A stretch of DNA of 51,081 nucleotides from a bacterium (GTDB taxonomy: Bacteria > Patescibacteriota > Microgenomatia > Levybacterales > UBA12049), in contig JAUYMJ010000011.1 of the NCBI GenBank assembly GCA_030698775.1, forward strand, positions 1 through 51,081, written 5' to 3'. Under the pieces are notes generated by a model. That model searched no databases. It saw only the letters and a program-made list of their open reading frames with translations, and was not told where the DNA came from. How positions within the stretch are numbered: position 1 is the stretch's first letter; every line of letters starts with the position of its first letter. The position numbers were made by a program, and so were the translations under genes. Of this stretch, positions 45,276-51,081 are shown piece by piece.

Positions 45276-46250
45276 ATGAAAGTGAGTTTTATTGTCCCGA
45301 ATTTTAACGGAGAGGAAATTCTTCATAAAAATCTTCCTAGGGTTCTTGAGGCTGCCGAGCTCTATGGAGAAGCCATACAACACTTTACAGAGGTAATTGT
45401 CATTGACGACTGCTCAACAGATCGGTCGGTGACGGTTATTGAGAGTATTTTTTCCAAAAAAATGAGTAAGCATGTCAAATGCCTCCTGTTAAAGAATTCT
45501 GTTAATAAAGGATTTTCTTCAACCGTTAACAAAGGTGCACGTCAGGCAACGGGGGAGATCCTTGTTCTTCTCAATACTGATGCGTATCCTGAGGATACGA
45601 AAAATTTTCTCGTTTCACCGCTTGGATATTTTTCTGACCCTAATTGTTTTGCAGTCGGGTTTATGGATAAAAGCGTCGAGCAGGACGGAAGTATTGTGAT
45701 GCGCGGAAGGGGAGTGGGATGCTGGAAGAGAGGAGTGCTCGTTCATATAAAAGGTAATGTCTCAAAACAAAATACCCTTTGGGTCAGTGGGGGGAGCAGT
45801 GCGTATCGAAAAACGACATGGGATACACTCGGGGGCATGAATGAGATATATAATCCGTTTTATTGGGAGGATATCGATCTCTCGTACCGTGCTCTTAAAT
45901 CCGGATACTCGATTATTTTTGACCCAAAGTGTGTCGTCGTTCATGAGCATGAGAGAGGAGCGATTAAAAGAAGCAGGTCCCGTTTTACGGTACAAACAAT
46001 CGCACACAGGAATCAACTTTTCTTCGTATGGCTTAACTTGACCGACCCTGCCCTACTGATTGCACATATTTTGTGGCTTCCCTACCATATCCTCAATACC
46101 CTCCGACAAGGAGATTGTACCTTTCTCATCGGATTTTTTCAGGCGGTAATGAGACTTCCGGAAATCCTTCGTCTGAAGGGACACAATAGTGCCCAATTTG
46201 TCCTATCAGACGGTCAGGTTGTGAGTGAATTTACATCAGAGGTCCGCTAG
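45276..46250 (+). CDS. GT2 family glycosyltransferase
   Basis: VSFIVPNFNGEEIL, VIDDCSTDRS, LNTDA and YWEDIDLSYR. The ATG at 45276 replaces the ORF-track N-extension. Confidence 0.8.
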   Translation: MKVSFIVPNFNGEEILHKNLPRVLEAAELYGEAIQHFTEVIVIDDCSTDRSVTVIESIFSKKMSKHVKCLLLKNSVNKGFSSTVNKGARQATGEILVLLNTDAYPEDTKNFLVSPLGYFSDPNCFAVGFMDKSVEQDGSIVMRGRGVGCWKRGVLVHIKGNVSKQNTLWVSGGSSAYRKTTWDTLGGMNEIYNPFYWEDIDLSYRALKSGYSIIFDPKCVVVHEHERGAIKRSRSRFTVQTIAHRNQLFFVWLNLTDPALLIAHILWLPYHILNTLRQGDCTFLIGFFQAVMRLPEILRLKGHNSAQFVLSDGQVVSEFTSEVR

Positions 46251-46251
46251 C

Positions 46252-47652
46252 ATGTTTTTGTCTTTACGAAAAAGTATTTCACTATGCACACTGTTGTCTA
46301 TCGTACTTTGTGTTCTGTTTGCTGTTGTTGGGTCGCTTATTTCGCTCAATAGGTATTGGCAATATGACGTTTACTATTATGATTTTGGAATTTTTGACCA
46401 AGCTATCTGGAGCGTTTCACGCTTGCAACCTCCGATCATTGACCATTTAGCTGCAGGTCATACCTTCATATTTGCCGATCATTTCAGTCCGGGGATTTTC
46501 CTCCTTTCGCCGTTGTACTGGGTTACGCAAAAGCAAGAAGTCATCCTGATTGCCCAGGCAACTGCAGTTGCCGTGAGCGGCCTCTTTCTTTACCTGAGCG
46601 GGAGAATAATCGTAAAAGACGAATGGTGTTCGGCAGGGGTGATGCTCTGTTATTTTCTTTTTATAGGTGTCCAGAATGCGGTTATTACCGATTTTCATGA
46701 AGTAACCGTTATGGTTCTTCCGCTTGCGGTACTATTTTGGTCAATTGCATCGGGGAGAAAGAGAGCATTTTTAATTTCTTTTATCGTCATGCTTCTATTT
46801 AAAGAATCAAATTTCCTTATCGGATTGGGTGTGAGCTTTTTTGTGTTTATCACCTATCCTTCATGGAGAAAACTGGCGGGAGTGACCGCTTTCGTTTCTG
46901 TGCTTTGGGCAATCCTGGCAATTCTCATTGTTATTCCCTTCTTCTCACATGGAATTTATTCTTACAAACCTGAATTACCCCAGGGCGTTTCACTTCTTAC
47001 TGCTTTTTTTGACGACCAGAGAAAACGTGATACGTTATGGTTCAGTTTTTTATCGTTCGGATTTTTACCTCTCCTCACACCTGCATTTTGGCCGTTACTT
47101 CTTGAGGAGTTTGCTGTCAGGTTTCTTCCCCGTTTTTCCGAAACGAGGTGGGGACTTGGGCTTCATTACAATATTGTGACTGCGGTTTTTCTCTCTGTCT
47201 CTTCGATGTACGCACTTACGAAATTACGGAATCGTTTTTCGAGTCGTATAGTACGCGTTTTGATAATTCTCATCATTTTCGTCTCATTAGTCCTTTATCG
47301 GTTTGTTCTTCGTGGCCCGTTTGCACTCGGATATAATAGTGCCTTTTATTCACACACGAAGGATTTTCATTTTTTAAACAACATGCTTTCGATGATTCCA
47401 AACGATGCTTCTGTCATGACCCAGAATAACCTTGGTGCCCATGTTACCCACCAACCGGTGTATATGCTTACAGGAGAGTATAAAACAGTAAAACCCGACT
47501 ATATTATGCTTGATTTACGGGATGGGCAGAATCCAAACGATTTTTTTCCGACAAGAAAAGTCCCGGATGTCGTGAAAGCAATCAAGTCGGATGCTGAGTA
47601 TGACGAAATCTATCATGCCGGTGACCAGTACATCTTCAAACGGAAGAGATAA
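46252..47652 (+). CDS. DUF2079 family polytopic membrane protein
   Basis: YDFGIFDQAIWSVSRL...FADHFSPGIFLLSPLYW matches the DUF2079 signature as I recall it. Confidence 0.7.
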   Translation: MFLSLRKSISLCTLLSIVLCVLFAVVGSLISLNRYWQYDVYYYDFGIFDQAIWSVSRLQPPIIDHLAAGHTFIFADHFSPGIFLLSPLYWVTQKQEVILIAQATAVAVSGLFLYLSGRIIVKDEWCSAGVMLCYFLFIGVQNAVITDFHEVTVMVLPLAVLFWSIASGRKRAFLISFIVMLLFKESNFLIGLGVSFFVFITYPSWRKLAGVTAFVSVLWAILAILIVIPFFSHGIYSYKPELPQGVSLLTAFFDDQRKRDTLWFSFLSFGFLPLLTPAFWPLLLEEFAVRFLPRFSETRWGLGLHYNIVTAVFLSVSSMYALTKLRNRFSSRIVRVLIILIIFVSLVLYRFVLRGPFALGYNSAFYSHTKDFHFLNNMLSMIPNDASVMTQNNLGAHVTHQPVYMLTGEYKTVKPDYIMLDLRDGQNPNDFFPTRKVPDVVKAIKSDAEYDEIYHAGDQYIFKRKR

Positions 47653-47675
47653 ATAGTATATACTAAGAGCCGATT

Positions 47676-48392
47676 ATGCTCGTGTCGATCATTGTCCCTG
47701 TGTTTAATGAAGAGAAGACTATAGCAACAGTGCTTCATGAACTTTCCGTCCTCCGAATTCCGGAAACTGAGTTTGAGATTATCGTTGTCAATGACGGTTC
47801 GTCTGATGCGACTCAGTCCGAGATTAATTCAGTGAAGTCCAAGATAAAGCGGTTGAAGGTTATCGAACATAAAGAGAACATGGGGAAGGGCGCCGCGATA
47901 CAGACCGCTCTTAAATCTGCAAAGGGTGAGTATGTGCTGATTCAGGATGCTGATCTTGAGTATAACCCTTCGGATATTTCAGTCCTGCTTAAGCCAATTG
48001 TCACAAAGCAGGCAGAAGTCGTTTTCGGAACGCGTCTGCGACGGTTTCCAAATTTCTCGCGCGATGAGAGGACCCCTACCTTCTTTTTGCATTATTTGGG
48101 AAATAGGCTTCTCAGTTTTGCAACAAGCGTTCTCTACGGCCAATGGGTCACAGACATGGAAACGGGATATAAGCTTCTGCCGAGACCTTTTTTGACAAAG
48201 ATTAGGCTAAATGCAAAAAGTTTTGATTTTGAGCCTGAAATCACCGCAAAAATACTAAAAAGAGGATATCGGATTTGCGAAATTCCAATTACAACGAATC
48301 CCAGGGACCACACGGCGGGAAAAAAACTTGTTGCGAGTAAGGATGGACCCGTAGCGCTTCTGACGCTTTTAAAATATCGTTTTACAGATTAG
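47676..48392 (+). CDS. GT2 polyprenyl-phosphate glycosyltransferase-like
   Basis: VSIIVPVFNEEKTI, VVNDGSSDAT and IQDADLEY. Confidence 0.85.
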   Translation: MLVSIIVPVFNEEKTIATVLHELSVLRIPETEFEIIVVNDGSSDATQSEINSVKSKIKRLKVIEHKENMGKGAAIQTALKSAKGEYVLIQDADLEYNPSDISVLLKPIVTKQAEVVFGTRLRRFPNFSRDERTPTFFLHYLGNRLLSFATSVLYGQWVTDMETGYKLLPRPFLTKIRLNAKSFDFEPEITAKILKRGYRICEIPITTNPRDHTAGKKLVASKDGPVALLTLLKYRFTD

Positions 48393-48393
48393 T

Positions 48394-49884
48394 ATGGTAT
48401 TACGTTCCTTTTTTCGGAAGCATTGGTACGAAATTTCGCTTTTTGCTATTCTTTTGCTCTCGGTGGCCCTTCGTTTTTATGATTTTTCAAACAGATTTGG
48501 TCTCGCATACGACCAGGCGAGGGATGTGATCGTTGCGAGAGAGGCTCTTCGGGCGTTTACCATTCCGATGATCGGACCCTTCGCCTCTGCCGGTCCCTTC
48601 GTGTATGGCCCTCAGTGGTACTGGTTACTCATGCTGTTTGTTGCTGTTTCCCCCGGCGCATTAATAACTCCTTGGATTGTTCAGGATCTCTTGTATGTGC
48701 TTTCGGTTTTTGTCATGGTTCTGATCGGGAAAGAAATTTCCGGAAAAACTTTTGGTTTGCTTCTTGGGCTTTTGTTTTCCGTCTCAGTAGGGCAGGTTGC
48801 CCAATCGGTAAACCTATCGTCTCCTTCGATGGTCGGTATTGTTGCAGTTTATTGTGTCTATGTAGCGGTATTGTTTCTAAAAAAGGAAAATCCCATCTTC
48901 GCAGGTTTATTAGGGTTTCTTATAGGCAACGCAATTAATATCCATTTTCAGGCAATCGGCCTGATCTTCCTTGGCATTTCTTCATTACTTATCATCCGGA
49001 AAAATCGATTCAGGTCGGTTGGTTATTTCCTGATAGGTTTTCTGATACCGTTTATTCCGCTTTTTCTTTTCGATATCAACAACAATTTTTTTGAGAGTAA
49101 AAATATCCTTGAATACTATCTCCATGGGCAATACGTAACAGCCTTGCCTAAGCGGTGGTTGACATATGCGTTCGTTTTCTGGCCTGACGCATGGGCAAGG
49201 ATAGTTGGGGGATACCTGTATTTTTCATACCCGCTCATTGTTTTTTTGGGAATTATTACGATATATCACCTATGGAAACGGTCCATTAGTCGAGTTATCG
49301 TGTCTTTGTTGTTGTTTTTTGCAGTCGAGATCGTTTTGCTTCGTTATTATACTGGACCTCTCTATCACAGCTACCTCTCTACCCTCCATCCAGTTATTGT
49401 TCTTTTTTCGGGATGGGCACTGTATCAACTCATAAAAATGAGAAAGCGTATAGGAATGCTCGTTACACTCATACTCATTTGTGGAAGTTTGCTCCTCAAT
49501 ATTAATGAGATACGCAATTCGAGCAACAACACAGCCCGCCAGGCGGAGGCAAAAAGAAAGCTTCTTCTTGCAGTATATCCTGAAAGGAAATTTGCCGTCT
49601 ATGATTACGGGTATAATTCGACGGCAAATAGCCTTCCGCTTGTACTATATTTGCAAGTCAATGGAGAAATATCAGATGATGGATATAAGATAGGATTTGG
49701 ATCTACAACGGGTGTGAAAAAACAGATACATAATGAGATCTCTGGAAATTTATCAGGATTTCGACTAAGGGATCTAAACAGTAGCTCGTCCGCAGAATTA
49801 TCAAAAGAAGGGTGGGCATTCGTGAATCCGAGTATTGTCTATCATTCCACTGTGAGGTGGTATGAAGATAAAAATAGTGAATAA
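48394..49884 (+). CDS. GT39/ArnT-like polytopic membrane protein (divergent)
   Basis: LRFYDFSNRFGLAYDQARDVIVAREAL...GPFVYGPQWYW. It is polytopic and starts one nucleotide after the upstream GT2 stop codon. Confidence 0.6.
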   Translation: MVLRSFFRKHWYEISLFAILLLSVALRFYDFSNRFGLAYDQARDVIVAREALRAFTIPMIGPFASAGPFVYGPQWYWLLMLFVAVSPGALITPWIVQDLLYVLSVFVMVLIGKEISGKTFGLLLGLLFSVSVGQVAQSVNLSSPSMVGIVAVYCVYVAVLFLKKENPIFAGLLGFLIGNAINIHFQAIGLIFLGISSLLIIRKNRFRSVGYFLIGFLIPFIPLFLFDINNNFFESKNILEYYLHGQYVTALPKRWLTYAFVFWPDAWARIVGGYLYFSYPLIVFLGIITIYHLWKRSISRVIVSLLLFFAVEIVLLRYYTGPLYHSYLSTLHPVIVLFSGWALYQLIKMRKRIGMLVTLILICGSLLLNINEIRNSSNNTARQAEAKRKLLLAVYPERKFAVYDYGYNSTANSLPLVLYLQVNGEISDDGYKIGFGSTTGVKKQIHNEISGNLSGFRLRDLNSSSSAELSKEGWAFVNPSIVYHSTVRWYEDKNSE

Positions 49885-51081
49885 TCTCAAATTTGACTCA
49901 GTCTTGCTCTTCGCTCTTGTTGTTCCTTTCATCATGGGATATCGGATCGGGAGCGATGAGACGCCTTATCTGCTATTCGGGTTTATCTTTTTGCTTCTCA
50001 TAGGTTATGCCGGTCTTGATCTCGTAAATCTACCACGATTAATTTTTGAAAAATTGAAACTTGTCATCCTTTGGCTGACGATCGTTACCGTAATTGGGAG
50101 CGGTTTTGTTTCAGCGATCATTGTCCGTCACCAGACAGCACCTATTTATATGATCCACGACATTATTATCCAACAGGAAGTGGCGATTCGATACGTGTTG
50201 CACGGAAAAAATCCGTATAAAGAGACGTATTTTGGTACCCCTCTTGAGCAGTGGCACTACGATGAGAAAGAGGTGAATCCTGCTCTCTATCATTTCGTGA
50301 TGGAGCCGTTCTACCTTCTCTTTGCCATTCCGTTCTATTTTGTATCAAATATACTTTTTGGATATTTTGATGCCCGAATGCCTCTTCTTTTTCTCTTCTT
50401 TATCGTCTTAAGCACAGCATCCCTGCTTGTGAAAGAGCAAGAGAAAAAGCGGCTTTTTTTACTGCTTCTTGCCTTCCACCCATCGATGCTTCCTTATACG
50501 CTTGAGGGCAGATCTGATATGTTCATGTATGCATTTTTGCTTGTGGGATGGGCGTTATTATTCTGGAAAAAAGAATTTCTCTCTGGCATCTCACTTGGTC
50601 TGGCATGTGCGGTGAAGCAGTCGGCATGGCCGTTCATTCCATTCTACGCTGCGTATGTATTCTATAAGAAAAGGTCTTTAAGAAAGACGATCATATCCTT
50701 AGCGCCGTTTCTCATCACGTTTGTGATTGTTACTTTGCCATTTTTACTTTGGGATCCAAAAAACTTCTATGAGAGCACCATAGCGTACCTATCCGGGAGT
50801 ACTGCGCATAGTTATCCTATTTCAGGATATGGTTTGGGAAGCGTGTTGCTGCAACTTGGGGTCATCAAGGATAAATTTGCATACTATCCCTTTGTAATCT
50901 GGCAGATAGTAGTCTGTCTTCCGCTGCTGGTCGTTTTTCTCTGGTTTTTGAGAAGCCATCTTACCGTGAGAAACATGATAGTATCGTATGCGCTGTTTCT
51001 CTTTATTTTCTGGTATATGTCCCGATATTTTAACAATAGCCATATTGCATTTGTCTCCTATATCCTCATCGCCGCATATTT
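49862..51081 (+). CDS. polytopic membrane protein, GT-C/DUF2029-like, 3'-truncated by the window end
   Basis: This gene is not in the ORF track because it has no stop in the window. My own translation from the ATG at 49862 (MKIKIVNNLKFDSVLLFALVV...) stays open to 51081. It contains GRSDMFMYAFLLVGWALLFWKK...GLACAVKQSAWPFIPFY, and several hydrophobic segments are visible in the translated part. Confidence 0.6.
   Translation, partial: MKIKIVNNLKFDSVLLFALVVPFIMGYRIGSDETPYLLFGFIFLLLIGYAGLDLVNLPRLIFEKLKLVILWLTIVTVIGSGFVSAIIVRHQTAPIYMIHDIIIQQEVAIRYVLHGKNPYKETYFGTPLEQWHYDEKEVNPALYHFVMEPFYLLFAIPFYFVSNILFGYFDARMPLLFLFFIVLSTASLLVKEQEKKRLFLLLLAFHPSMLPYTLEGRSDMFMYAFLLVGWALLFWKKEFLSGISLGLACAVKQSAWPFIPFYAAYVFYKKRSLRKTIISLAPFLITFVIVTLPFLLWDPKNFYESTIAYLSGSTAHSYPISGYGLGSVLLQLGVIKDKFAYYPFVIWQIVVCLPLLVVFLWFLRSHLTVRNMIVSYALFLFIFWYMSRYFNNSHIAFVSYILIAAY

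Noticed and set aside
23788-46251. N-terminal extensions given by the ORF track (23788, 25098, 27626, 32231, 36135, 39316, 45144, 46225, 16425..17735).
   Set aside because: The extensions overlap the preceding gene in another frame, often begin at non-ATG codons, and add non-conserved residues. Internal ATGs sit at ATGA junctions or behind SD sequences and align with the paralog N-termini.
47654-47665. Perfect 12-nt palindrome TAGTATATACTA between DUF2079 and the next GT2.
   Set aside because: It is a short AT-only palindrome in a 23-nt spacer and contains a TATACT -10-like hexamer. That is too little to call an operator or a terminator.
1-51081. Alternative genetic code (UGA recoded as in some CPR lineages).
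   Set aside because: TGA terminates many well-delimited genes exactly where the next gene starts (ATGA junctions). Conserved proteins such as Lon and transketolase have no internal TGA, which fits code 11.

Overview
AT-rich bacterial window using the standard genetic code: TGA acts as a stop at many ATGA gene junctions. I support about 44 protein genes, one tRNA, and no rRNA, CRISPR array, transposase or integrase. Gene content (a DUF5652-like mini membrane protein, a small GIY-YIG protein beside a tRNA, a membrane-anchored SNase, very many GT-C-type membrane proteins) suggests a CPR/Patescibacteria-like organism. That is inference only. Positions 1-7.9 kb carry a class-II-like Fic protein, a front-end-type membrane desaturase, a repeat-containing surface protein, a secreted thermonuclease, a DUF1003 protein and Lon protease with a CIRCE-like operator. 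From 7.96 kb to the window end lies one very large envelope-glycosylation locus. It holds 3 YfhO-family, 3 PTPS-related (PF10131-like) and 5 GT39/ArnT-like proteins, plus DUF2079, two further GT-C-like proteins and a discoidin-domain membrane protein (15 large polytopic proteins in all). It also holds 8 GT2, 1 GT4 and a Wzx-like flippase, mostly translationally coupled. A minus-strand sub-operon (15.5-21.0 kb) joins a split transketolase, an SDR epimerase/dehydratase, a GT2, a TIGR03032/DUF4915-like protein and a sulfotransferase-like protein. The locus is interrupted at 23.65-25.7 kb by a small accessory patch: a GIY-YIG gene whose 3' end overlaps tRNA-Glu(CUC), a duplicated tRNA 5' fragment with twin hairpins, an orphan ORF and a visibly GC-richer GYD-domain gene. 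All family assignments come from motif recognition by eye, and no database search was run.
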